Assembly: GCA_951406725.2 (NCBI GenBank)
Contig: OX597819.1
Coordinates: 61,938,001 to 62,002,000, forward strand
Origin: Octopus vulgaris
Taxonomy: Eukaryota
Length of the DNA stretch: 64,000 bases
Direction of reading: 5' to 3'
The notes beneath the pieces were generated by a model, which worked only from the letters and a program-made list of their open reading frames with translations, ran no database searches and was not told the DNA's origin. The position numbers and the translations under genes were made by a program. Shown here piece after piece: positions 1-12,693 of this stretch (positions are counted from its first letter, which is position 1; every line of letters begins with the position of its first letter).

Positions 1-86
1 CTTTTACACATAAATTCCTCTATTTACATAATATTGAGGTCTCTTTATTTCTTTTGTTGTCTTACCATTTTTATCAACACACACAG

Positions 87-137
<51 letters not shown>

Positions 138-603
138 TATATCATCATCGTTTAACGTCTGTTTTCCATGCTAGCATGGGTTGGATGGTGGTTTGAGTGG
201 GGTCTGGGAAGCCAGGAGGCTGCACCAGGGTCCAATCTGATCTGGCAGTGTTTCTACAGCTGGATGCCCTTCCTAATACCAACCACTCCGAGAGTGTAGT
301 GGTTGCTTTTTACGTGCCGGAGGAGCTGTCATCGCCCACGATTGGATGGTGCCTTTTCTGTGCCACCGGCACAGAATACATATATATATATATATATATA
401 TATCTGAGAAGACATGCCAAGCTAAGTAAAATTGCTGTCATCCATATATACATGCTTGTCCTTTACAGGTGCCAGTGGCACATAAAATGCACTTGTGCCA
501 CTACTGTGCAAACACACCTGTGTCTGTGGCACATAAGAAGCACCCATAACTCTCTGTTTAGTGGTTGGTGTTAGGAAGGGCATCCAGCCGTAGAAACCAT
601 GGC

Positions 604-834
604 AGTGAGCTGGCAGAAATGCTAGCACGCCGGGCGAAATTCTTAGTGATATTTCGTCTGCCATTACATTCTGAGTTCAAATTCCACCGAGGTCAACTTT
701 GCCTTTCAACCTTTCGGGGTCGATAAATTGAGTACCAGTTATGCACTGGGGTTGATATAATCGACTTAATCCCTTTGTCTGTCCTTGTTTGTCTCCTCTG
801 TGTTTAGCCCTTTGTGGGCAATAAACAAATAAGA
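604..834 (+). mobile_element. SINE family B, representative copy; others about 6652-6868, 7294-7675, 9030-9245, 9462-9915, 40616-40910, 42218-42660, 47700-47928(-), 52932-53140, 54145-54565, 62085-62296(-)
   Basis: GAGCTGGCAGAAA head, GAGTTCAAATT B-box, conserved GCCTTTCATCCTTTCGGGGTCGATAAATTAAGTACCAG domain, two alternative tails. Confidence 0.85.
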
Positions 835-2260
835 AACCATGCCACAAGTCTGGACAGCTTCCCTGTGGGCCAGTTCCATGTCAAACTGTCCAACCCGTGC
901 CAGCAGGGGAAAGGGACGTTTAATGATGATGATGATGATGAGGAGGAGGAGGATGATGATGTTGATGATATATACAAATACCATCACGATCATGATCGTT
1001 ATTGTTGTTATAACATCCACTTTTCCAGGTTTGCATGGGTCACATGGAATTCATTGAAATATATTTTCCCATACCTTTTCCTGTTGTCAACCTTCACCTA
1101 TTTCCAAGTTACATAATACTTCTCCATAGTTAGACATGTCTTCATGGAAGACTGGACATGAATGGCTATTTCTATGACTTGACACACAAACATACATATA
1201 CACATGCATATATTTACATATACTATTTTACTCTTTTATTTGTTTCAGTCATTTGACTGTGGCCATGCTGGAGCACTGCCTTTAGTCAAGCAAATCGACC
1301 CCAGGACTTTTTCTTTGTAAGCCTAGTACTTATTCTATTGGTCTCTTTTGTAGTTGTGATATCAGTGCCGGTGGCACATAGAACCATCTGAACGTAGCCG
1401 TTGCCAGCGCTGCCCCGACTGGCCTCCGTGCCAGTGGCACATAAAAAGCACCATCTGATCGTGGCTGTTGCCAGCCTCACCGCTAAGTTACGGGGACATA
1501 AACACACCAGCATTGGTTGTCAAGCAATGTTGGGGGGGACAAACACAGACACACAAACATATACACACACATACATATATATACATATATACGATGGGCT
1601 TCTTTCAGTTTCTGTCTACCAAATCCACTCACAAGGTCAGCTTGAAGCTATAGTAGAAGACACTTGCCCAAGGTGCCACGCAGTAGGAATGAACCCAGAA
1701 CCATGTGGCTGGTAAGCAAGCTACTTACCACACAGCCACTCCTGTGCCTATAACATATTTATATAATATATTTATATTTTAAAATAATAAGGGTGAAAAA
1801 TTGAATATTAATTTGATTAATATCAATTTAAAACCAGTGTTCTAGCATATTAAAATCTGAAGATACAGAAAAATTATATTGCATACATAAACGTGGACAT
1901 CCCTGTGCTAGACGTAGATCCGCTATGGTCTTACCACTAAGAAAGGAATGTTCTCAAGAAAATTTTAGCAAAAGCCAGAACGTAAGCAAACAAGACGAAT
2001 GAAAAGAAACAAAATATAGATTAATCCTTCCTTAGTGGAAAGACCATAGCAGATCTACTTCTAGCATATGGATGTCCATGTTGTGGCCATCCCTCTTATA
2101 TGTACATATGTGTGTGTGTGTGTTTATCAATTCATTTTGCAAGATTCTTGATGTGAAATCATGTGTTGGAACAGATATTCTTGAACTGCGGAATGGTCAT
2201 TTTATTCAAAAAATTTATTTATTTATTTATTTATTTATTTTGCCAAATAAACACACGCAC

Positions 2261-2624
2261 TCATCATCATCATCGTCATCGTTTAGCGTCTGCTTTCCAT
2301 GCTGGCATGGGTTGGACGGTTCAACTGGGGTCTGGGAAGCCAGAAGGCTGCACCAGGCCCAGTCTGATCTGGCAATGTTTCTACGGCTGGATGCCCTTCT
2401 TAACGCCAACCACTCCACGAGTGTAGTGGGTGCTTTTTACATGCCACCGGCACAGGTGCCAGGTGAGGCTGGCAACAGCCACGATCGGATGGTGCTTTTT
2501 ATGTGCCACTGGCACGGAGGCCAGTCGGGGCAGCGCTGGCAACGGCTACGTTCGGATGGTTCTATGTGCCACCGGCACTGGTATCATAACTACAATTTCC
2601 ATTGATGTTGATCGATTTTGATTT

Positions 2625-2625
<1 letters not shown>
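2261..2625 (-). mobile_element. SINE/non-autonomous retroelement family C with (GAT)n tail and internal repeats of about 60 bp; others about 141-370, 3915-4238(+), 8009-8310, 16858-17108(+), 38508-38770, 44105-44420, 46735-47010, 49954-50165, 50965-51231(+), 52352-52670(+)
   Basis: many aligned copies ending ...CATGCTAGCATGGAAAACGGACGTTAAACGATGATGATG. Confidence 0.85.
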
Positions 2626-2662
<37 letters not shown>

Positions 2663-2828
2663 CTTCACTCGTTTATTACTGTTATTTTATTATTTTTATG
2701 CCTAACAACTACCACAGACTTATTGTAGTGTATCATCTGGATATGTTGCTTATAACCAATGGAATTCGTTTTATTTTCTGAAATTTTCAAATTGTAAAGG
2801 TAATTTATGGACACCCTGTGTACACGTG

Positions 2829-2866
<38 letters not shown>

Positions 2867-4260
2867 TTGAGTATTGCATATGTACATAGTATTCAATGTA
2901 AATCGAATGCTTATCTTTGTGTATTACACACAACAATTTATCAAAAACTATCGTTTTATACTTGTAATGTTTCACAGCACATTAAAGAGTTTCAAATACA
3001 TTTTTTATAAAAATAAAACTGTGTCCAAGATGCAGGTGACAAAGCTATTTCCAAGCAAGGATATTTATTACACTTATACCTATTTCAGTGGGTATTTTGA
3101 ATAGAAATACTATAGATTTCATTTAATGAAACATAATATATAAGGGGAGTGGTCATGGAATTCACTTCAGTGCATACCTAAATGTGTATTAGTACAAAAG
3201 ATAACATAAATATGTTTTGACCCATGAAGGAGTATGAGGACTATCTACTTTTTAAGTAGAACACTTGTGTGACTTGTAGCTTTGTTTTTTTTTTAAGCTC
3301 TTTTATATTTTTTGTTATGCTTTAACATAGAATATAATGAGGAAATTTAATCATCCTGCCTCTTTTCTAATGACTTTTTGTTTGTTTTGAGTATATAACT
3401 ATATGGATAGGATCAGACATGGCTATGTGTGGTTAAGAATTTGTTTTCTAACCAACTGACTTCAGATTCAGTCCCACTGGTAACCTTGGGCAAGTGTCTT
3501 TTACTATAGCCCCAGCAGGCCAACAAAAGCTTTGTGAGTTGGTTTCATAGACAGAAATTGAAAAAAGACCATCATGTGTATGTGTGTGTGTGTGTGTGTG
3601 TTCCAGGAAGAAAATGATTCTGGTCCTTATCTCAGGACCTTCTCTTCCTGAAGTTGGTATGTAAAATGAAACAGTGATATTACTGCTTCAAGGAAGTATT
3701 TTTTTTAATAATTATATGTGTGTCTGTGTGTCTTTTTGTTTGTCTCCTGTAACTTAGCAGTTCAGCAAAAAGAGATCATTAGAATAAGACCCAGGCTTAT
3801 AAAAAGGAAATAAGTCCCGGGATTGATTCATGCAACTAAAATTCTTCAAGGCAGTACCCCAGCATGGCCACAGTCTAATGACTGAAACAAGAATATACAT
3901 ATGTATATATAGAGAGAGGAGGCTGGCAGACGGCCACGATCGGTTGGTGCTTTTTACATGTCACCGACAGCGCCGCCTGACTGGCATCCGTGTCAGTGAC
4001 ACGTAAAAAGCACCAACCAATTGTGGCCGTCTGCCAGCCTCTTCTGGCCCCTGTGCTGGTGGCACGTAAAAAGCACCCACTACACTCACGGAGTGGTTGG
4101 CATTAGGAAGGGCATCAAGCTGTAGAAACACTGCCAGATCAGACAGGAGCCTGGTGCTGCCTCCTGGCTTCCCAGACCCTGGTCGAGCCATCCAACCCAT
4201 GCTAGCATGGAAAACGGACGTTAAACGATGATGATGATATAAATATATATATATATATAT

Positions 4261-4552
4261 ATTATATAAAAGGGCTTAGTAAAATAAATTACTTTGCCAC
4301 ATACTGAACTCATTAGAAATAGTAGCTAAAAAAACTTTTTTAGAACTATTTCTAATACTTAAAGAAAATCTCTCTCAAATAGTGCTTGCTCAATTCAACT
4401 CATGAATTTCGTGAGTTGAATTGAGCAAGCACTATTTGAGAGAGATTTTCTTTAAGTATTAGAAATAGTTCTAAAAAGTTTTTTTAGCTACTATTTCTAA
4501 TGAGTTCAGTATGTGGCAAAGTAATTTATTTTACTAAGCCCTTTTATATAAT
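4261..4552. repeat. Near-perfect 292-bp palindrome
   Basis: arms about 145 bp, centre near 4407, one mismatch and one 1-nt indel seen. Confidence 0.95.
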
Positions 4553-4645
4553 GTAATAATTTGAATTCGCCTTAAATGGTCCCTTTACATACTGAATACT
4601 TGGTGAAATTGATTAATAATTAATTAATTTTACCCTCAATTGTTG

Positions 4646-4690
<45 letters not shown>

Positions 4691-4829
4691 AGGAAAATGT
4701 ACTCACTTTACACAGTTTTAATATATTAAAACTGTGTAAAGTGCGTGCATTCTCCTTCTATTTTATGTATATATTTTTTGCATTACAACTCACCATGTGG
4801 GGATAATCAAAATTCCTCCCTTTGTGTTA

Positions 4830-4879
<50 letters not shown>

Positions 4880-6170
4880 GTATTGGCTCTTGAGGCACAT
4901 CACATACAGATATAAATACCACCATGTGAATACTGAATTAAAAATACCCTTTTAGGGGATCTACTGGAGATGTAATTTTCATCTCCAGTAGACATGACAG
5001 GTATTCTACCACTGGTCTAAAGCAGTCCGTTGAATTTTTCTCTCCATTTGAGAAACCTTATTCTTTTCAATGTAGCTTGTATTTATGAGAATTTATAAAC
5101 TATTGAGAGAACATGAACAGATATAAATATCTATTGTCAACAGTATATATCTCTATGTCTGTTTCTCTCTCTCTCTCCCTCTCTCCCCTCTCTCTCTCTC
5201 TCTCTCTCTCTCTTATGTATGATGTATACACACACACACACATGTGTGAACCGTCCAACCCATGCTAGCATGGAAAGCAGACGTTAAACGATGATGATGA
5301 TATATACATATATAATAAAATACATACATATATATATGTAATTTATGTGTGTGTGTGTGTATAGATACACACATATACTCATTCTTAACTGTTTAATCAT
5401 GTTAACTCTTTATTCATATCACACTTCAGTTCATTTCAACAACAGAAAAGCTAAGCAAACGAAAAAAAACCCCAGAAAAGTCTGTACAAATGAAGTCAAA
5501 CCAGAAATCTAATAAATGGTGGCCACACCCAAAGATTTTATGGATGTCAACCTGAACTGAGAGAGCAATAATCAATCAAACTGCACAGGAGACAACAGTT
5601 GTGGGGTACATAGTTGGAGAAGCCTTTAGTATTCAGATGACTCCATCAAATGCAAATCTTATATATTCACATTGATTTGAATTAACCATGCATTATTTCT
5701 TGGTCACAAGATTTCAATATGATTGTTTAATTTTTATTTCAGATTGTAGGGTGGATGTAAGAGGTTAGATCTGGCCAGTTGCAGCATAAAACGTAGAATA
5801 TTTTGGCTGGATATGGCCAATTTAAATGCTAAAGGGTTAATTTAGTTTTAGGGAGGTATGTTATGGTATCAACATAAAAATCATTCAAAGAATTGTTTGT
5901 CCTTTCGTAACAAGGGTGAAAGGAAGCCTCTATGCAGTCACTCAGTCTGCTAGAAACAGTAACCTTGTCTCCATCAAATACAAAAGGTGGTTTGATTATG
6001 TAGAGTCTTCCCACACCAGCTTTATATTGTGTAATATTTATTATTTTGCCCCAGATCAACTTTGAATGAGTAGTCAGGATCAACCTGTTGTTATTTTTAT
6101 TTTTTTATATTTATATTTTTTTATATAGCCTTAGGAGTGTGAATAGGTGTAGGAGTGGCTGTGTGAATAG

Positions 6171-6572
6171 GCGAAAGAGTGGCTGTGTGGTAAGAAGCTT
6201 GCTTACGAACCACATGGTTCCAGGTTCAGTCCCACTGCATAGCACCTTGGGCAAGTGTCTTCTGCTATAGCCTCGGGCCAACCAAAGCCTTGTGAGTGGA
6301 TTTTGTAGACAGAAACTGAAAGAAGCCTGTCGTATATATGTATATATATATATGTATGTGTGTTTATATGTTTGTGTGTCTGTGTTTCTACCCCCAACAT
6401 TGCTTGACAACTGATGCTGGTGTGTTTACGTCCCTGTAACTTAGCGGTTCGGCAAAAGAGACCGATAGAATAAGTACTAGGCTTACAAAGAATAAGTCTT
6501 GGAGCCGATTTGCTCGACTAAATGTGGTGTTCCAGCATGGCCACAGTCAAATGACTGAAACAAGTAAAAGAG
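6171..6572 (+). mobile_element. tRNA-head SINE family A, representative copy; others about 1224-1750(-), 3415-3890(+), 12840-13225(-), 15835-17297(-, interrupted), 19935-20375(+), 23927-24400(+), 24705-25068(-), 26478-26840(+), 30888-31289(-), 32258-32663(-), 49326-49710(+), 60576-60958(+), 61556-61925(+)
   Basis: A-box TGGCTGTGTGG, B-box-like GGTTCAGTCCC, CORE-like ACCTTGGGCAAGTG, internal TA/TG microsatellite, tail ...GACTGAAACAAGTAAAAGA. Confidence 0.85.
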
Positions 6573-9500
6573 TTTTATTTTGGTGTTGTTGTTGTTGTTG
6601 TTCTTTTGCAGACCGAATACATCTAGGTCTACATTATCTGTTGTGAATGTAAGGTGGCAAGCTGGCAGAAATGTTAGCACGCTGGGCAAAATGCTTAGCG
6701 GTGTTTTGTCTGCCACTATGTTCTGAGTTCAAATTTTCACCAAGGTCAACTTTGCCTTTCATCCTTTCGGGATCGATATATTAAGTACCAGTGAAATACT
6801 GGGGGCTGATGTCATCGACTCGACCCCTCTGCACAAGTTTCAGGCCTCGTGCCTTTAGTTAAAAGGATTATCCATTGTGAAGGTGTATGGCCTAGTGGTT
6901 AGAATATTGCCCTCATAATCAGAAGGTTGTGGTTTCAATTCCTGAACTGGCTGGAGCATTGTGTTCTTGAAGAAAACACTTCATTTCTCATCACTCCAGT
7001 CTACTGCAGATGCACATAGCTCAGTGGTTAGGCTGTTGGACACGTGATCATAAGATTGATGTTTCAATTCCTAGACCAGGCAGTGCATTGTGTTCTTGAG
7101 CAAAACACTTCATTTCATGTTGCTCCAGTCCACTCAGCTGGTAATAATGATTAAGCCGGCAACGGAACTGGTATCCCATCCAGGGGAGAAATATAACGAC
7201 CACAGAATCTAGGAAACTGGCCCTATGAGCTTATATAACTCAGGAAACAATCTTTATCCTTATCCTGCTCTAGTGAATTCAGCTGTAAATAAAAGGCAGC
7301 AGAAACATTAGCATGCCAGGCGAAATACTTAGCAGTATTCCGTCTGCTGCTATGTTCTGAGTTCAAATTCCGCCGAGGTCAACTTTGCCTTTCATCCTTT
7401 CAGGGTCAATTAAATAAGTACCAGTTATGCACTAGGGTCGATATAATCGACTTAATCCGTTTGTCTGTCCTTGTTAGTCCTCTCTGTATTTAGCCCCTTG
7501 TGGGTAGTAAAGAAATAGGTATTTCATCTGTCTTTACATTCTGAGTTCAAATTCTGCCGAGGTTGACTTTGCCTTTCATCCTTTCGGGGTCAATAAATTA
7601 AGTACTGGGGTCGATCTAATTGACTGGCCCTTTCCCCCAAAATTTTGGGCTTTGTGTCTTGAACAGAAAAGAATTCAGCTGTAAATAATTTCCAGCAATA
7701 CCTGGTCAGTTATCCTTGAAACAGACAAGTATTCCATTCAAGGAGCGGTTGTTTTGTTATCTCAGTCCTTTATACACCTTGGAAAATGGGTTAAGCTCCA
7801 GCCATTTGAGACATAGGACACACGACAGACGACGTAAGCCTGTATTGTCTAGTGTGCTCTACCTTAGTTAAGATAGTATGATGTCATTTGAGAGTTATTT
7901 GTTTACTATTTCTCACAGATACAATGGTCAAAGAGTGGGCTTCGTGTTAACTTTAAAAAGTAATGAAAAAATAGTTTTGTGTGTGAACAAGAATTGAACT
8001 CAGCACAATCATCATCATCATCATCATTTAGCATCCGCTTTCCATGCTAACATGGGTTGGACGGTTCAACTGATGTCTGGGAAGCCAGAAGGCTGCACCA
8101 GGCCCAGTCTGATCTGGCAATGTTTCTACGGCTGGATGCTCTTCCTAATGCCAACCACTCCGTGAGTGTAATGGGTGCTTTTTACGTGCCAGACGGGGCT
8201 GGCAAATGGCCACAGTCAGATGGTACTTTTTACGTGCCACTGGCATGGGGGCCAGGCAAGGCTGGCAACGGCCACGATTGGATTGTGCTTTTTACGTGCC
8301 ACCAGCACGGGGCGGGGGGCTGAAATCACTATCAATCATCAATTCTAAAATGTTGTTACTGCTTACACCAGCAAATTATGTCACCCTCACTGACAATTTA
8401 GGGGTTAATTGTATCATTATTACTGATAAGAGCTCACTTATCTTAGCCTTGAAATACAACACAGGGTCATCAAGTTATGGCTGGCTGGCTGGCTGGCAGG
8501 CTAGTTGGTTGGTTGGTTGGTTGGGTAGAAAGATGGATGGCTAACTGTCTGTTTCTGAATTGTCCCTCATCAATCCTGCCAACCTCAATTAATGTTCATG
8601 GTAAAGGTTAAAGGCTAAAATTGAGTGATGAATGAAAAGATTTGCCAGTAATTTACCCTTTATTCACTTCCATCAGGCATCATGAAAACAAATGTCCTTG
8701 GTGTATGAATAATGTTCAAAATTTAGGCCAACTTTTACAAAAGATGTGAGCACAAATAAAAACCTAAAAAAAACACGATGAGATGTGTTCTCTTTTTTTT
8801 TAAATTTATTTATTTATTTGTTTTGTTTTGTCTATCCCCATTCCCACCCCATGTCTTGACTGAAAGGACATAAAAATAATGTAATATTATCAGTGTTATT
8901 ATCAGAGTATAAAGGATGGCAGAAATGGTAGAAGGCCCCGGTCAGCCCTGGTCAAGCTGTCCTATGACAACTATGCAACCATGTAGTCGACTGACCTACA
9001 GATCTACCTTTCTAATATTTTCTTTGTTTAAGGCAGCAAGCTGGCAGAAACATTAGCACACTGGACAAAATGATTAGCAGTATTTCACCTGTCTTTACAA
9101 TCTGAGTTCGAATTCCGCCAAGGTTGACTTTGCCTTTCATCCTTTTGGGATTGATAAAATAAGTACCAGTTGAGCACTGAGGTTGATGTAATCAACTTAC
9201 CTGCTTTACTGAAATTGCTGGCCTTGTGCTAAAATTTGAATTCAATATTACCAGTAAATGAAAATAGTCTTGAAAATAAGGGCAATCAGAAGATGCATCC
9301 TCTATCCCCTTTACTCCTACCCTCTTTGTCAACAGTAACCATCAAAAATTTTCCACTCTACCCCAGGGGATGCCCCCTCCTTCATCACTTCCAAAAGTAA
9401 TGCTCTATACGTACCCAAAATATTTACCCTTATACTTGTAAACAATATATTTCTATTTTCTGCCGCCAAGGTTAACGTTGCCTTTCATCCTTTCAGGGTT

Positions 9501-10225
9501 GATAAATTAAGTACCAGTTGCATATTGAGGTCGATCTAATCGACTGGCCCTCTCCCCCAAAATTTTGGTTCTTGTACCTAGAGTAGAAAAGAATATTTTT
9601 TTTTATGTTCCCAGTTCAAATTTCGCTGAGGTCAACTTTGCCTTTCATCCTCTCAGGGTCGATAAATTAAGTACCAGTTGCGTACTGAGGTCTATCTAAT
9701 CAACTGGTCCCCTACCCCAAAATGTCGGACCTTGTGCCTAGAGTAGAAAAGAATATTTTTTTTTACACTCAGAGTTCAAATTCTGCTGAGGCCAACTTTG
9801 CCTTTCTTCCTCCCAGTGTCGATAAATTAAGTACCAGTTGCATACTAGGGTGGATCTAATCAACTGCCTGCCTCCCCAAAAATTTCGGGCTTTGTGCCTT
9901 GAGTAGTAAAGAATATTTCTATTTTCTGGTACGTAAGTATGTCACTGCTAGTTAACCAGCTGATGTTTTTACATTAGAGACTCTGTATCATTCTAATTAA
10001 GTAATTTAGAAATGAGATAATTAATAGTTTTATGGCATTGTACATAACATAATGGCTTTACTTGTATGTGAGTAATAGCTTAGTCAATGTTATTCATTAG
10101 CTTCTAAGCTCTTGTCTCATTGACATTTTATTTACATAATGTTGTGTAATCAGTTATTGAAACATTGATGTTGCTTTTGTCATTAGGTGAAACTATGCCA
10201 GGTGCAACCTGTGCAGGAAAGCTTA

Positions 10226-10260
<35 letters not shown>

Positions 10261-10489
10261 TGCATGTACATATATATGCATGTATCGAGATATCTGGTGC
10301 CTTGCCGTACTCAAAAAGACCTGTCCACCACAGCAAAATTGATACTGGTGTTGGTTCCACATGAAAAACATTCATGCTGGTGCCACGTTAAAAGCACTAA
10401 TGCTAGTGTAACATAAAGCACATGCAGTGGGGTGGTTGGCATTAGGAAGGGCATCGAGCCATGTGTATGGATGTATATGTATGTGTAAG

Positions 10490-10522
<33 letters not shown>

Positions 10523-10839
10523 ATATGTATATATGTGTATATATGCATATGTATGTGTATATGCCTATATGTATGCATATGCGTGTATGCATGTATCAGT
10601 GGGTGTGTGTGTGCGTGTGCATATATGTATATATATATGCTTATGGATTTAAGTACATATGTGTGCAGACCTATATTAATAGTGCATATACACGTATATC
10701 TATATGTGTGTCGAAATCAAAATAGAAATTGTAGTTGTGGCTGACACCAGTGCCACATGACTGGCACCTGTGCTGGTGGCATGTAAAAAGCACCATTCAA
10801 GCATGTGTCCATGCCAGTGCTGCCTGACAGAGATCTTGA

Positions 10840-11433
10840 CAGACTACAACACAATGTTCTTGCTACTCAGTGGTCAGCAGATGGGGGACAAACTTGGCAG
10901 AGACATTCCACATGTTCAATTCAGGCATTAAGATTGCTTGCTCTGACCCATACGACAGACCAACAACATCAGCAATGTCATGGATTGTCCTCCGACGATC
11001 CTCATGCACAAGCTGATAAAATTTCTCCACATTACCAGCGATGGCACTCGTGCCAGATCTTCCAGATCACTGATCGTCTTCTTTCTCTTTTGAAGCTCCT
11101 GTGCCACCTGAAACATTGTGCATGATCCATTGCCATGTCACCATAAGCTTGCCAAAGCATACTCAATGTCTCTGTTGTAGGCTTTCCAAGTTTATCACAA
11201 AATTTCACGTTGCCTCTTTGTCCCAACATCCTGTTCATGACAAAATCACATGCTACAGCATACATGTGATCACATAACCACAAATTTCACAACTTGTGAA
11301 GTAAACACTGTGCTGTCACTCGGCACATTACCTCATGAAGGTCACTGCTAGCTCTCACTGCACATGCAACTGTGTGCTGCCATCTCTTGGTGCATTGCAG
11401 AACCAGTTCAGAAACTTTTTGATACCACCTCAT
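10840..11433 (-). mobile_element. Mariner transposon 5' relic (TIR + frameshifted transposase N-terminus)
   Basis: QRGNVKFCDKLGKPTTETLSMLWQAYGDMAMDHAQCFRWHRSFK resembles mariner HTH; end TATGAGGTGGTATCAAAAAGTTTCTGAAC; related end at 56021-56150 (+). Confidence 0.85.
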
Positions 11434-11438
11434 ATATA

Positions 11439-11820
11439 TCTCTCTCTATATAAACGGCAGTTTGTCTGTGCGTGTTTCTGTGTGTCTGTTTGCTTGTACC
11501 CTCACCCTGACCACGGCTTTCAACCGATTCTGATGAAACTTGACACACACATAGCCCAATGTCATAATTCAAAACTAACGCAGCGAAAATTTTGAAAAGT
11601 TCCCCCAGTTCTGAAAAAAATCGATAAATTCGACATGGGGTCGAGAATCAGAAACACAAACCGCAAACTGTCTAGGGGACGCAACTCCACCTTTTTTAAC
11701 TAAAAAAAAATTTACCATCATTTTTTTCCATTTTTTTGCTATTTTTTGGCTATAACTCTCTAAAAATGCTTTATAGTTATTTCCCTTACAAATCTGAGCA
11801 ACGCCAGGCGATACTGCTAG
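11439..11820 (+). mobile_element. Non-autonomous Helitron
   Basis: A|TC 5' end, GC-rich subterminal segment then CTAG|T 3' end at 11817-11820, no TSD. Confidence 0.8.
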
Positions 11821-11837
11821 TATATATATATATATAT

Positions 11838-12171
11838 CGGAGACCCTATTCAGTCATGACTGACCATGGGATTGCACCTAGAAAGTTACCCTCTAAGGCA
11901 AAGTCCGGGCAAGGTTCTTTATAGAAGACCAGCAGTCACCCATGCACACCGGCCTCCCCTCTCCATGCCACCGATGTCATCCAAGGAGAAGGTAAAGGGG
12001 CCTATACAGCTTGGCACCTGTGACGTCGCAACTCATTTCTACAGCTGAGTGAACTGGAGCAACGTGAAATAAAGAGTCTTGCTCAAGAACACAACGTGCA
12101 GTCTGGTCTGGGATTCAAACTCACAATCTCATGGTCATGAGTTCAACGTTCTAACCACTGAGCCATGCACC

Positions 12172-12173
<2 letters not shown>
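11838..12173 (-). mobile_element. tRNA-head SINE family D; relatives about 6879-7250(+), 35036-35354(-), 45730-45980(-)
   Basis: TGGCTCAGTGG A-box, TTTGAATCCC B-box, TTCTTGAGCAAGAC...GTTGCTCCAGTTCACTCAGCTG domain. Confidence 0.75.
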
Positions 12174-12242
<69 letters not shown>

Positions 12243-12372
12243 CATATTTGATATTTTTATAAATGTATGCACAATATTTTATAAGGACGTAACATATTTT
12301 TAATGCATATATAAAATATTTGCAATTCATATACACACATCTAATATATATCTGCAGGGTTGTGATACAATT

Positions 12373-12693
12373 ATGAAGCTGACAAGACAACTTATGCAAT
12401 TCCGTTGTCCACGGTCCTATCAAAAGCTTTTACAGCAATATTCTTCATCACGATGTCAAATTCCTCTGGGATTTTTACCAACACAAGGACTGACCAACTG
12501 CTTAGCAACACGTGGTATATCTTCAATGCTAAATCAAGCAAATCGGAAACCATGTTCTCCTAATGCCCATCAGACCTCTGTCTGGTCCATCTTAGGATGC
12601 CAAAGTATTTTCCAAACTCCATCCTTGAACTGTCACTGTAATTCAAAAGAATCATCACAGAAACAAAATGGTAATTTATCCCTGGAAGAAGTG
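12373..12693 (+). CDS. TMEM160: TMEM160-like protein, coding exon 1 (acceptor ends 12357, exon starts 12358; basic N-terminus resembling a mitochondrial presequence)
   Basis: tctgcag acceptor, ATG 12373, open frame MKLTRQLMQFRCPRS...NLSLEEV, donor gtgagt at 12694, phase 0. Confidence 0.7.

Noticed and set aside
2430-2580. Repeats of about 60 bp with variable middles (GGTGCTTTTTACGTGCCACCGGCAC), superficially CRISPR-like
   Set aside because: Internal tandem repeats of family C; the spacers are related to each other, the context is eukaryotic and there are no cas genes.
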